Source: an uncultured Bacteroidota bacterium (GTDB lineage Bacteria; Bacteroidota; Bacteroidia; UKL13-3). From it: a DNA stretch of 64,000 nucleotides. The DNA is taken from positions 2,980-66,979 of the forward strand of contig CAILJQ010000002.1 of NCBI GenBank assembly GCA_903834625.1. Reading direction: 5' to 3'. Positions 39,327 to 49,599 of the stretch are shown here, in pieces. The notes beneath the pieces were generated by a model. The model did no database searches. It was not told where the DNA came from and saw only the letters and a program-made list of their open reading frames with translations. Each line of letters begins with the position of its first letter. Position 1 is the first letter of the stretch. The translations under genes and the position numbers were made by a program.

Positions 39327-42300
39327 ATGAAGTTAAAAGATATTTTCGATATTTATACCTCATCTGAGGAGTTTGGTAAGTTTGCTGAATCTTTAAGTAA
39401 TTCTGATAAAGAGGTAATACATCTCAACGGGTTGATTGGATCTGCGGCAGCCATGTTTGCATCAATGGCATATGATGTACACAATAAAACAACCCTAGTT
39501 ATTTGCAATACCTTAGAAGAGGCAAGGTATTTTGCAGCAGATATTGAAAACCTGGTGCCTGGCAAAACCATTAACTTTCTGCCTTCTTCTTATAAAAGAA
39601 GTTTCCAACCAGAAACATTATTTAACCAACAAGTTTTAGAAAGAGCAGAAGTATTAAACAGGCTGAACCAAAAATTTGCCAGAGCAGAATGGGTGATTAC
39701 CATTCCTGAGGCAGTTTGTGAATGGGTTATGAGCGAAGAAGACCTGAACCAAAATACCTATGAAATTAAAGTTGGAGATAAGTTTGATTTAGAGTTTTTT
39801 ATTGAATTTTTGGGTGAGCATCATTTTGATAGAAGTGATTTTGTTTATGAAGCGGGTCAGTTTAGTATTAGAGGTGGAATCATTGATGTGTTTTCGTTTA
39901 GCAATGACAAACCCTATAGAATTGAATTGAATGGAGACTTAATAGAGGCCATTAGAATGTTTGAACCATATGACCAATTATCTGTTAAAAAGGTGGATCG
40001 ATTTTTCATTATTCCTAATGTGCAAAAGGAAATTAAACGTAAGCAATTGTTTTTTGATTACCTACCAGCAGATACCATTGTTTGGATTCAGGATTTGGGT
40101 CAGGCCAAAGAAATGATACAGCGTGGTGAAGAAAAAGTTGCCAAGTTTAATCCTGAACAATTTAAGGATAGAGAAGACTTTTCTTTTACAGGCTATGGAG
40201 ACACTTGGATTGGAGCAACTGAATTCAAAAAGAAAATCGATGCATTTAAAATAGTAGAGTTTGGAACAAGAAAAAGTTATAAGAATGCAAGTGTTTTTGA
40301 GTTTAGCTTAAGTCCACAACCTCTCTTTCACAAAAACTTCAAATTACTTATCGACAACCTAAAAGAAAACAGTAACAAGAATTTCCAAAATTTAATTTTC
40401 AGCGAAAGCAGTAGACAAATAGAACGCCTTTATACCATATTTGAGGACCTTGACAAGGAGGTAAAGTTTGAACCAATATATCATGGATTGAGTGCAGGTT
40501 TTATAGACCATCAATTGTCTGTTGCTTTTTACACAGAGCATCAAATTTTTGATAGATTTTACAAGGGAAAAGTTAAAAGTGGGTATAGTGGAAATAGAAT
40601 TTTAACCTTAAAAGAACTTAGGGAACTTAGACCTGGAGATTTTGTAACACATATTGACCATGGCATTGGCAAATTTGCAGGTCTAGAGAAATTAGAAATT
40701 AATGGTCAATTGCAAGAAGCAGTTAGGCTAGTATACCGAGATAATGATTTATTATATGTAAGCATTAACTCACTTCACAAAATTAGCAAATATGTTGGCA
40801 AAGAAGGGACAGAGCCACGCATGAATAAATTGGGAAGTGATGCTTGGGAAAAGTTAAAAAACAACACCAAGAAAAAAGTTAAAGACATTGCCCGTGATTT
40901 GATAAAATTATATGCCAAAAGGAAAGCACAAGAAGGTTTTGCCTTTTCACCAGACAATTACTTGCAGGTGGAGTTAGAGGCATCTTTTATGTATGAGGAT
41001 ACTCCCGACCAAAGCAAGGCAACGTTTGATGTAAAAAAAGATATGGAGAGCATCCATCCTATGGACAGATTGGTATGCGGGGATGTAGGCTTTGGCAAAA
41101 CAGAGATTGCCATACGAGCAGCATTTAAGGCAATATGTGACAGTAAGCAAGTGGCCATTTTGGTTCCAACTACCATTTTAGCCAACCAACATTACAGAAC
41201 CTTTAAGGAACGACTTAAAGATTTCCCTTGTAATATTGATTATATCAATAGGTTTAAATCGGCAGCCGAGCAGAAGGAAGTGATGAAAAAAATGGCGGAG
41301 GGAAAATTAGACCTACTCATTGGAACCCATAGGTTATTAAGTAAAGATACCAAATTCAAAGACCTTGGCTTACTTATTATTGATGAAGAACAAAAATTTG
41401 GGGTAGCAGCTAAGGAGAAGTTAAAGGCATTTAAAACCAATGTAGATACATTAACACTTACAGCCACTCCTATTCCACGTACCTTGCATTTCTCACTCAT
41501 GGGTGCAAGAGATTTATCAGTAATAAATACACCTCCAGCTAACAGGCAAGCAGTAGAAACTGCCATGTATAATTACAGTGATGACATAATTAAAGAGGCA
41601 ATTCTAAATGAAGTGGAAAGAGGCGGACAGGTATTCTTTGTGCACCATAGGGTAAAAGATATTTATGATATTGGTGCGCACATTGAAAGAATTTGTCCGG
41701 GAGTAAAGGTAGCTGTAGCGCACGGACAATTAGAAGGAGACAAGTTAGAAGATGTTATGATGCGTTTCATTGAAGGCGAATATGATGTATTGGTAGCAAC
41801 CACTATTATTGAGGCGGGACTTGACATCTCAAATGCAAACACAATTATCATTAACAATGCCCAGATGTTTGGCTTGAGTGATATGCACCAAATGAGAGGT
41901 AGGGTTGGAAGAAGTAATAAAAAAGCTTTTTGTTTTTTATTGGTACCAAGTATGGCCGCATTAAGTAATGATGCGAGAAGGAGATTGCAAGCAATTGAAG
42001 AATTTAGTGATTTGGGAAGTGGCTTTAATGTAGCTATGCGCGACCTTGATATAAGAGGTGCGGGTAATTTATTGGGAGGTGAACAAAGTGGATTTATCGC
42101 AGAAATAGGATTTGAAATGTATCATAAAATTTTGGATGAAGCCATCCATGAATTGAAGGAGGAAGAATTTTCAGACCTATTTTCGGGTGAGGAGAAACCC
42201 AATAAATTAGAAGCAAAAGACTGCAATTTGGAAACAGATTTAGAAGCACTCATTCCAGATAATTATGTTCGAAACATTGGGGAGCGATTGAGTTTGTATA

Positions 42301-42698
42301 ATAGCTTATCGGCCATTACAAAAGAAGAAGACCTTATCACATTTGGCAATCAAATGGAGGACAGGTTTGGTAAATTACCTGAGGAGGTGAAAGATTTAAT
42401 AGCGCTGATACGATTAAGAGAAATAGGGAAAAAGATGGGTTTTGAGAAACTTATACTCAAGAAAAAACAGCTTCTAGCCTACTTTCCAGCAGAGTCTAAA
42501 CAATACTATTACCAATCAGAAATGTTCTCTGGAATTTTATCATTTGTGCAATACCATCCAAATTTGTGTAAGCTCAAACAAAGTAACCAAAACTTGATAT
42601 TGATGATTTTTGAAGTAAACACCATCAAACAAGCAATGTATTATATGGAGGAAATAGGTAAGTCTATTTCTTTACCCGCCCATGGCGATCGTACTTAA
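39327..42698 (+). CDS. mfd: Transcription-repair coupling factor Mfd
   Basis: GDVGFGKTE, DEEQKFG, TATPIPRTL, QMRGRVGR and TRCF C-terminal domain. Confidence 0.98.
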   Translation: MKLKDIFDIYTSSEEFGKFAESLSNSDKEVIHLNGLIGSAAAMFASMAYDVHNKTTLVICNTLEEARYFAADIENLVPGKTINFLPSSYKRSFQPETLFNQQVLERAEVLNRLNQKFARAEWVITIPEAVCEWVMSEEDLNQNTYEIKVGDKFDLEFFIEFLGEHHFDRSDFVYEAGQFSIRGGIIDVFSFSNDKPYRIELNGDLIEAIRMFEPYDQLSVKKVDRFFIIPNVQKEIKRKQLFFDYLPADTIVWIQDLGQAKEMIQRGEEKVAKFNPEQFKDREDFSFTGYGDTWIGATEFKKKIDAFKIVEFGTRKSYKNASVFEFSLSPQPLFHKNFKLLIDNLKENSNKNFQNLIFSESSRQIERLYTIFEDLDKEVKFEPIYHGLSAGFIDHQLSVAFYTEHQIFDRFYKGKVKSGYSGNRILTLKELRELRPGDFVTHIDHGIGKFAGLEKLEINGQLQEAVRLVYRDNDLLYVSINSLHKISKYVGKEGTEPRMNKLGSDAWEKLKNNTKKKVKDIARDLIKLYAKRKAQEGFAFSPDNYLQVELEASFMYEDTPDQSKATFDVKKDMESIHPMDRLVCGDVGFGKTEIAIRAAFKAICDSKQVAILVPTTILANQHYRTFKERLKDFPCNIDYINRFKSAAEQKEVMKKMAEGKLDLLIGTHRLLSKDTKFKDLGLLIIDEEQKFGVAAKEKLKAFKTNVDTLTLTATPIPRTLHFSLMGARDLSVINTPPANRQAVETAMYNYSDDIIKEAILNEVERGGQVFFVHHRVKDIYDIGAHIERICPGVKVAVAHGQLEGDKLEDVMMRFIEGEYDVLVATTIIEAGLDISNANTIIINNAQMFGLSDMHQMRGRVGRSNKKAFCFLLVPSMAALSNDARRRLQAIEEFSDLGSGFNVAMRDLDIRGAGNLLGGEQSGFIAEIGFEMYHKILDEAIHELKEEEFSDLFSGEEKPNKLEAKDCNLETDLEALIPDNYVRNIGERLSLYNSLSAITKEEDLITFGNQMEDRFGKLPEEVKDLIALIRLREIGKKMGFEKLILKKKQLLAYFPAESKQYYYQSEMFSGILSFVQYHPNLCKLKQSNQNLILMIFEVNTIKQAMYYMEEIGKSISLPAHGDRT

Positions 42699-42851
42699 TT
42701 TTATGCTCGCCATCTTGGCCTTCAAAGCTGGCACATCTTTTTGCTTTGCATGCAAGAACTAAGCACACCATTGTTACAAGCAATATAGGTATAAGACGTT
42801 TGTTCATTATTGTATTCATAAAGGGTAAACCAAATTTAACCAAACAGCCAT

Positions 42852-42890
42852 AAATAAAAAAGGTCCCTATGAGGGACCTTTTTTATTTTT
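42852..42890. terminator. Bidirectional rho-independent terminator between mfd and the H1-like gene
   Basis: AAATAAAAAAGGTCCCT-ATG-AGGGACCTTTTTTATTT. Confidence 0.88.
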
Positions 42891-42908
42891 AATTCTTGAA
42901 CCAAGAAA

Positions 42909-43139
42909 TTACTTAGCGGCTTTCTTAGGAGCAGCTTTCTTAGTTGCAGCTTTCTTAGTAGCAGCTTTCTTAGCAGGAGCAGCTTTCTTAGTTGCAGCTT
43001 TCTTAGCAGGAGCAGCTTTCTTAGGAGCAGCTTTCTTAGCAGCAGCTTTTTTAGGAGCAGCTTTCTTGGTTGCAGCTTTCTTTGTCGCAGCTTTCTTAGC
43101 AGGAGCTGCAGCTTTCTTAGTTTTTTTGGTTGTTGCCAT
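42909..43139 (-). CDS. Histone H1-like Lys/Ala-repeat protein
   Basis: 13 KKAA(T/P/PA/A) units; 29 Lys in 76 aa; own promoter and terminator. Confidence 0.85.
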   Translation of the reverse strand: MATTKKTKKAAAPAKKAATKKAATKKAAPKKAAAKKAAPKKAAPAKKAATKKAAPAKKAATKKAATKKAAPKKAAK

Positions 43140-43168
43140 GTTTATAAAAATTTGATTGATTACGATAA

Positions 43169-43176
43169 CAAAGTTA
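43169..43176 (-). promoter_or_regulatory. Bacteroidota -7 element TAACTTTG for the H1-like gene
   Basis: CAAAGTTA on the plus strand, about 30 nt upstream of the ATG; CTTG 19 nt further upstream. Confidence 0.7.
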
Positions 43177-43702
43177 AAAGTGTATTTAATATTTTCAAGT
43201 ACCTACTGTAAATCAGTTAATAAAAATTACCACCTTTAGATGTTGATAACTGAGAACAACATGTCAGAAGCATTGATTTTACAAGTATCTACAGAGATTG
43301 CTCATCATTTATAAATGTGATTAAATACTTCAAAAAAAAACTTTCATCAAGCAACACTTATCGTCAACATAAAATTTAACAACAACAAAAAAAACAATAA
43401 CAATACATAGAACACAAGCCACAACACCTGATTTTAAAGGCCACTACAAGGGCTATCACTTTTTATGAGTCTATATTTTTTTGGTGAAAATAAAAACATC
43501 CACACATAAACTCATTTTACATTTTAAAAAAAAACACGACAACAAATGAAAAAAGGAGTACATTTTTTTATACATTTTTCTGAATGAAATGAATAAATCA
43601 TGCATGCATCATTCAAAAAAAATTTAACACACATTATTTTTTAGTCTTAAGATCATGCACTACCTTTAAACCAATATAAAAGTTGAATTTAAAATAGCAT
43701 GT

Positions 43703-44944
43703 ATGAAAGCAGAAATAATTAGCATTGGTGATGAGTTATTATTAGGTCAGGTGATAGATACAAATTCTGCATGGATTGGTCAGGAATTAAATAAAATAGG
43801 CATTCATGTTCATTACAAATCTTCTGTGAGTGATAGTAAAGACAGCATTCTTCAGGCATTAACTGAAAGTGAAGTAAGAAGTAACATTGTAGTAATTACG
43901 GGTGGACTTGGGCCTACAAAAGATGATATTACCAAAACCACACTCTGTGATTTTTTTGGAACATCACTTGTTTTAAATGAAGATGTATTGACATGGGTTC
44001 AATCTATATTTAAAAATAGAAATTTACCTATGTTAGAAAGTAATAACCAACAAGCAATGGTTCCAGAAAATTGTGAAGTTTTATGGAATAGAAATGGAAC
44101 TGCTCCAGGAATGTGGTTACAAAAAAAGGATACCGTGTTTATTAGTTTACCAGGTGTACCCTTTGAAATGAAATGTATTTTTGAAGAGGAGGTAATTCCT
44201 AAACTATTCAAAACATTTTCTTTTCCATCTATATTACATAGAACACTTCAGACTATTGGAATTGGAGAGAGTTTTTTGGCCAAGAAGATTAGCACATTTG
44301 AAGACAATTTACCATCGCATATCAAACTTGCCTACCTCCCATCAGTAGGAATGGTAAGGCTTAGATTGAGTGCATATGGAGAGAGTCAAGAACTTTTACA
44401 AGAAGAACTCAACCTATTGGTTAATCAATTGTATGACCTTATTTCGGAACATATTTATGGAGAAGGTAATGATACCATTGAAGAAGTAATTGGTCAATTA
44501 TTGAAAGGAAAAAACCAAAGTGTTGCAACAGCAGAAAGTTGTACGGGTGGATATTTGTCACATATGATAACTTCTGTTCCCGGCAGTTCAGATTATTATC
44601 TTGGTAGCATCATATCCTATTCAAACAAAATAAAAACAAAAGAGTTATTTGTAAGTGATGATATATTAAAAGAACATGGAGCGGTAAGCGAAGCATGTGT
44701 TTTACAAATGGCAACAGCCATCAAAGAAAAATTTGGCAGCACCTATGGCATTGCAACGAGTGGTGTTGCCGGACCAGGAGGAGGTTCAGTAGAGAAACCA
44801 GTAGGAACAGTTTGGGTGGCTATTGCTGGACCACACGGAGCAAAGGCAACTGCATTTTCTATGGGAGACAATAGAGGCAGAACAATTCATAGAACTGCAC
44901 TGGTAGCGCTTGATATGTTGCGCAAAGAATTACTTTCAAATTAA
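43703..44944 (+). CDS. cinA: CinA competence/damage-inducible protein (MoCF-like domain plus NMN deamidase)
   Basis: IGDELLLGQ..DTN, GGLGPT.DD, AESCTGG and GVAGPGGG. Confidence 0.95.
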   Translation: MKAEIISIGDELLLGQVIDTNSAWIGQELNKIGIHVHYKSSVSDSKDSILQALTESEVRSNIVVITGGLGPTKDDITKTTLCDFFGTSLVLNEDVLTWVQSIFKNRNLPMLESNNQQAMVPENCEVLWNRNGTAPGMWLQKKDTVFISLPGVPFEMKCIFEEEVIPKLFKTFSFPSILHRTLQTIGIGESFLAKKISTFEDNLPSHIKLAYLPSVGMVRLRLSAYGESQELLQEELNLLVNQLYDLISEHIYGEGNDTIEEVIGQLLKGKNQSVATAESCTGGYLSHMITSVPGSSDYYLGSIISYSNKIKTKELFVSDDILKEHGAVSEACVLQMATAIKEKFGSTYGIATSGVAGPGGGSVEKPVGTVWVAIAGPHGAKATAFSMGDNRGRTIHRTALVALDMLRKELLSN

Positions 44945-44954
44945 GTTTCTCCAA

Positions 44955-46985
44955 ATGAATTTTAACTTAACCTCACAATTTGTTCCAACTGGTGACCAAC
45001 CAACTGCTATCGAAAGTTTAGTTGAAGGTATTAACAGAGGAGATAGAGCACAAGTATTATTAGGTGTTACCGGTAGTGGTAAAACTTTTACCATGGCAAA
45101 TGTGATAGCCCGTGTACAAAAACCAACGTTAATTATAAGTCATAACAAAACGTTAGTGGCTCAACTCTATGGCGAGTTCAAACAATTTTTCCCTGAAAAT
45201 GCCATTGAGTATTTTGTTTCCTATTACGACTATTACCAACCTGAAGCTTTTATCCCATCAAGTAATACTTATATAGAAAAAGACTTGGCCATTAATCAAG
45301 AAATTGAAAAGCTCCGATTAAAAACTACCTCCTCTTTGTTAAGTGGAAGAAGAGATATTATTGTTCTTGCCTCTGTAAGTTGTATCTATGGTGCCGGTAA
45401 TCCGAAAGATTATGAAAACAGTATTATTCGATTAAAAGTTGGAGATAAGATAGCCAGAAACACTTTGTTATTTTCATTGGTAGAATCATTGTATAGCAGA
45501 ACTACAGCGGATTTTCAACGAGGAAATTTTAGGGTAAAAGGAGATGTGGTAGATGTATTTCCAGCTTATGCAGATATGGCATTTAGAATATCATTCTTTG
45601 GAGATGAAGTGGAAGAATTAACCATTATTGACCCTGTTAGCGGAAGGAAACAAGAACAAGTAAATAACTTAGCCATATTTCCAGCAAATATTTATGTTAC
45701 CCCAAAAGACGCTTTGAATGATGCTATAAGAGCTATCCAAGATGACTTAGTAGAACAGGTTGCCTATTTTAAATCAATAGGCAAACATTTAGAAGCAAAA
45801 AGATTAGAGGAGCGAACCAATTTTGATTTAGAAATGATCAGAGAATTGGGATATTGCAGTGGCATTGAAAATTACAGCAGGTACATGGACAAAAGACAGG
45901 CAGGGGAACGTCCATTTTGTTTGATAGATTATTTCCCCGAAGACTTTTTGTTGATTGTAGATGAAAGCCATGCCACCATGCCACAAGTAAGGGCCATGTA
46001 TGGAGGAGATAGAAGTAGAAAAGAGAACCTAGTTGAATATGGTTTTAGACTGCCATCAGCCATGGACAATAGGCCCCTTAAGTTTAATGAATTTGAGCAA
46101 TTAATACCTCAAACTATATATGTAAGTGCTACGCCTGCAGATTATGAAGTTAGAGAATCGGAAGGGGTAATTGTGGAGCAGATCATAAGACCTACAGGCT
46201 TGTTAGATCCAGTAATAGAAGTAAGACCTTGTTTAAATCAAGTAGATGATTTATTGGATGAGATTGATGAACGAATAAAAATGGGTGACCGTATTTTGGT
46301 GACAACACTTACCAAAAGAATGGCAGAAGAACTGAGTAAATATTTTAGCAAACTAAATATTAAATGTAGGTATATCCACAGTGAAGTTAAGACCATTGAC
46401 CGCGTTGAAATATTAAGAGACTTACGCCTTGGAAAGTTTGATGTGTTAATTGGTGTGAACCTATTAAGAGAAGGTTTAGATTTACCAGAAGTTAGTTTAG
46501 TTGCTATCATGGATGCAGACAAAGAAGGATTTTTAAGAAATGATAGGTCCCTCACCCAAACTATTGGTCGTGCTGCAAGAAATGAAAATGGTAAAGTAAT
46601 TATGTATGCCGATAGAATTACAGATAGTATGCAAAGGACCATGGATGAAAATTTACGAAAAAGAGAAATCCAAATTGCCTATAATACTAAACATGGAATT
46701 ACACCAACCACTGTTAAAAAAAGCATCAAAGAAATCATGGATCAAACCTCTGTGGCAGATTCTTTAGGTTTGACCCAACCAGTGCCATATATAGAAAACG
46801 AAGAGATGAATATTGCGGCAGACCCTGTATTAAATGCCATGAGTCAAGACCAACTAAAAAGCGCCATAGAAGAAACACAAAAACGCATGTACAAGGCAGC
46901 CAAAGAAATGGATTTTATGGAAGCTGCACGACTGCGTGATGAAATGTATGCCATGCAATCAAAAGTAAAAGAGCAAGTAAAATAA
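44955..46985 (+). CDS. uvrB: Excinuclease ABC subunit B
   Basis: GVTGSGKT, YYDYYQPE, DESH, NLLREGLD and C-terminal UVR domain. Confidence 0.98.
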   Translation: MNFNLTSQFVPTGDQPTAIESLVEGINRGDRAQVLLGVTGSGKTFTMANVIARVQKPTLIISHNKTLVAQLYGEFKQFFPENAIEYFVSYYDYYQPEAFIPSSNTYIEKDLAINQEIEKLRLKTTSSLLSGRRDIIVLASVSCIYGAGNPKDYENSIIRLKVGDKIARNTLLFSLVESLYSRTTADFQRGNFRVKGDVVDVFPAYADMAFRISFFGDEVEELTIIDPVSGRKQEQVNNLAIFPANIYVTPKDALNDAIRAIQDDLVEQVAYFKSIGKHLEAKRLEERTNFDLEMIRELGYCSGIENYSRYMDKRQAGERPFCLIDYFPEDFLLIVDESHATMPQVRAMYGGDRSRKENLVEYGFRLPSAMDNRPLKFNEFEQLIPQTIYVSATPADYEVRESEGVIVEQIIRPTGLLDPVIEVRPCLNQVDDLLDEIDERIKMGDRILVTTLTKRMAEELSKYFSKLNIKCRYIHSEVKTIDRVEILRDLRLGKFDVLIGVNLLREGLDLPEVSLVAIMDADKEGFLRNDRSLTQTIGRAARNENGKVIMYADRITDSMQRTMDENLRKREIQIAYNTKHGITPTTVKKSIKEIMDQTSVADSLGLTQPVPYIENEEMNIAADPVLNAMSQDQLKSAIEETQKRMYKAAKEMDFMEAARLRDEMYAMQSKVKEQVK

Positions 46986-46997
46986 GACCCCTTATTT

Positions 46998-47993
46998 ATG
47001 TCGAGATTAAAAGGATTACAGAGAAAATTTCAATTCAATAGAGATACCGGATTTGGAGCGGGAAGCACCAATCAAGGAGATAGATTACTAAACAGAGATG
47101 GAACATTTAATGTAAAGCGAACAGGACAAAGTATTTTAGAAAGGGTCAATCCTTTTCACCAATTGATTATGATGTCGTGGCCAAAATTTAACGCCATGGT
47201 ACTTTTGGTTTTTGTTACATTGAACCTTTTATTCACGGGGATTTATTATTGGATCGGCTTAGAGGAATTGGTTGGCACCACACATACTGATCCCATAAGT
47301 AAATTCATAGAAGTATTTTCTTTTAGTGCACAAACTCTAACCACTGTAGGTTATGGAAGGGTTAGTCCTCTAGGCAACCTAGCTAGTTTAATGGCATCGT
47401 TAGAAGCGCTGTTGGGTTTGTCTGGATTTGCCTTAGTTACAGGTCTACTTTATGGAAGATTCTCTCGACCGAATGCCAAATTACTTTCTAGTGCAAACGC
47501 TATTATTGCACCCTACCAAGACAAAACAGCCTTAATGTTTAGGATAGCCAATGGCAGAAGCAATCAACTCATAGAATGTGAAGCAATTGTTTTGTTTAAC
47601 TATGTAGAGAGAGAAAAAGGAGAAAGAAAATTCATAAACCTTGAACTTGAATTGGCCAAGGTAACTGCCCTTTCATTAAGTTGGACCATTGTTCATCCAA
47701 TTGATGAGAAAAGCCCTCTCTATGGCCTAAATAAGGAAGAAATATTAGATATGAATGCAGAAATCATCCTTATGTTCAAGGCCTTTGATGATACATACTC
47801 CCAAGCCATTCATACGAGATTAAGCTACACGGCAAACGAAATGATTTATGGAGCAAAGTTTTTGCCTATGTACAAACGCTCAGAAAATGGATACGCTACC
47901 CTACTGGAGTTAAACAAAATCGGGCAATATCAACTAGTGACATTGCCCGACTTCAAACCCTTAGAATCAATTAATTTAGAACCTGAACTTTAA
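46998..47993 (+). CDS. Inward-rectifier potassium channel (KirBac-like)
   Basis: SAQTLTTVGYG selectivity filter, two TM helices, RFSRP and WTIVHPIDEKSPL. Confidence 0.92.
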   Translation: MSRLKGLQRKFQFNRDTGFGAGSTNQGDRLLNRDGTFNVKRTGQSILERVNPFHQLIMMSWPKFNAMVLLVFVTLNLLFTGIYYWIGLEELVGTTHTDPISKFIEVFSFSAQTLTTVGYGRVSPLGNLASLMASLEALLGLSGFALVTGLLYGRFSRPNAKLLSSANAIIAPYQDKTALMFRIANGRSNQLIECEAIVLFNYVEREKGERKFINLELELAKVTALSLSWTIVHPIDEKSPLYGLNKEEILDMNAEIILMFKAFDDTYSQAIHTRLSYTANEMIYGAKFLPMYKRSENGYATLLELNKIGQYQLVTLPDFKPLESINLEPEL

Positions 47994-48510
47994 ATTTACC
48001 CTCGGTAATACTAACAGAAGTAACATTTTCCTCCAACTGCAAAGTTCCAGAGAACGTACCCGAAACGTATTGGTCTTTAGGTAAAATTATTTTATCAAAC
48101 TTTACGGTTAGTCCGCTTGTAGCAGAAGCCGGAGTAGCTTTACTCTTAAAAATTAACAAAGCAGTATTTTTGTACTCTACAAAATTGTTCAAATCTTTTT
48201 CATCAAGAACATAAGTTAAACCATCAACCCAACCTGGTGCCTTGTAGTTTAAGGTAAATGTAAGTGATGGCAATTCTGTATTACTTTTCTGACCAACTAA
48301 AAACATTTGTTGAATGTTATTAGGATCATCTTTAATTAAGGTCATTGCCTTAAAATCTGTGTAAACGCCATTTACCTTGCATGTAAAATAATAGGTAGGG
48401 TTATTAGTTCCACCATTATTTGTACCTGTTGTGGTAGGAGTATCAGATTTACTGCATCCAGCATGCCAAAAAAGTAAGAATGCAATTGCGATTGTTTTAA
48501 GTATTTTCAT
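47971..48510 (-). CDS. Hypothetical lipoprotein (DUF6252-like)
   Basis: HAG-C lipobox, T/N/G linker, FTCKVNG and SGTFSG...ITEGKF. Confidence 0.75.
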   Translation of the reverse strand: MKILKTIAIAFLLFWHAGCSKSDTPTTTGTNNGGTNNPTYYFTCKVNGVYTDFKAMTLIKDDPNNIQQMFLVGQKSNTELPSLTFTLNYKAPGWVDGLTYVLDEKDLNNFVEYKNTALLIFKSKATPASATSGLTVKFDKIILPKDQYVSGTFSGTLQLEENVTSVSITEGKFKVQVLN

Positions 48511-48568
48511 AATTTTAGGTGGGTCAAAAATATCCAAACTAACATTAATATCCATTAAAATGTCCCAC

Positions 48569-48603
48569 AAAAAAAGGCTGATTTGTGGAAAATCAGCCTT
48601 TTT
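48569..48603 (-). terminator. Terminator after the ugd-uxs pair
   Basis: AAAAAGGCTGATTT-GTGGA-AAATCAGCCTTTTT. Confidence 0.85.
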
Positions 48604-48623
48604 AAGTAATATTTAAGATACAC

Positions 48624-49598
48624 TTAATCGAATCTATGTGCGGTTTTCATCAGTTCTTCAGTTGACAAACTTTTGAAGTATTCGTAAGTTATTTTTAATC
48701 CATCTGCCCTATTTACTTTAGGTTCCCAATGCAAAATTTCTCTTGCCTTGGTTATATCTGGTTTCCTTTGTTTAGGGTCATCTTTAGGCAAAGGCTTTGA
48801 AATAAGCTTTTGACTAGTACCTGTTAACTTAATAATTTCTTCACCAAATTCACGTATGGTAATCTCATCTGGGTTGCCAATATTTACTGGGTAAGGATAA
48901 TCACTTAATAACAACCTGTAAATACCTTCTACCAAATCATCTACATAACAAAAACTTCTGGTTTGACTACCATCACCAAACATGGTTAAATCTTCACCAC
49001 GTAAAGCCTGACCAATAAATGCTGGCAATACTCTACCATCATTCAGACGCATTCTTGGACCATAGGTATTAAAAATGCGGACAATCCTGGTTTCTAAACC
49101 ATGAAAGGTATGATATGCCATGGTCATTGCTTCTTGAAACCTTTTGGCTTCATCATAAACACCACGTGGTCCAACTGGGTTTACATTTCCCCAATAATCT
49201 TCAGTTTGAGGATGAACCATAGGATCACCATAAACTTCACTTGTAGAGGCTATAAGCACTCTCGCTTTTTTCACACGGGCTAAGCCAAGACAATTATGAA
49301 TACCTAATGAACCAACTTTTAACGTTTGGATAGGAATTTTCAGGTAGTCGATTGGACTTGCAGGTGAAGCAAAATGGAGGATATAATCAATGTTTCCTGG
49401 CACATGGATAAACTTACTTACATCATGGTGGTAAAACTCAAATTGTTTTAGTTTAAACAGGTGTTCTATATTTTTAAGGTCTCCAGTAATTAAGTTGTCC
49501 ATTCCCACCACATCAAATCCTTCGGCAATAAATCTATCGCACAGGTGTGAGCCTAAGAAGCCAGCAGCACCGGTTATTAATACCCTTTTGTTTGTCAT
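48624..49598 (-). CDS. UDP-glucuronic acid decarboxylase (UDP-xylose synthase family SDR)
   Basis: [28 protein letters not shown] and DDPKQRKPD. Confidence 0.92.
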   Translation of the reverse strand: MTNKRVLITGAAGFLGSHLCDRFIAEGFDVVGMDNLITGDLKNIEHLFKLKQFEFYHHDVSKFIHVPGNIDYILHFASPASPIDYLKIPIQTLKVGSLGIHNCLGLARVKKARVLIASTSEVYGDPMVHPQTEDYWGNVNPVGPRGVYDEAKRFQEAMTMAYHTFHGLETRIVRIFNTYGPRMRLNDGRVLPAFIGQALRGEDLTMFGDGSQTRSFCYVDDLVEGIYRLLLSDYPYPVNIGNPDEITIREFGEEIIKLTGTSQKLISKPLPKDDPKQRKPDITKAREILHWEPKVNRADGLKITYEYFKSLSTEELMKTAHRFD

Positions 49599-49599
49599 G

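Noticed and set aside
42909..43139. Tandem repeats as a possible CRISPR array
   Set aside because: There are no unique spacers and no cas genes, and the 15/18-bp units preserve a protein reading frame
43241..43250. oriC call based on a DnaA-box-like TGTTGATAA
   Set aside because: Only one convincing box, no dnaA or other typical origin-linked gene nearby, and the rpoBC orientation would then be lagging; kept only as a weak possibility
43622..43650. dif-like site (ATTTAACACAC resembles the XerD arm); similar partial match near 48611
   Set aside because: Only 9 of 11 bases match in very AT-rich DNA, and there is no recognisable XerC arm at the correct spacing
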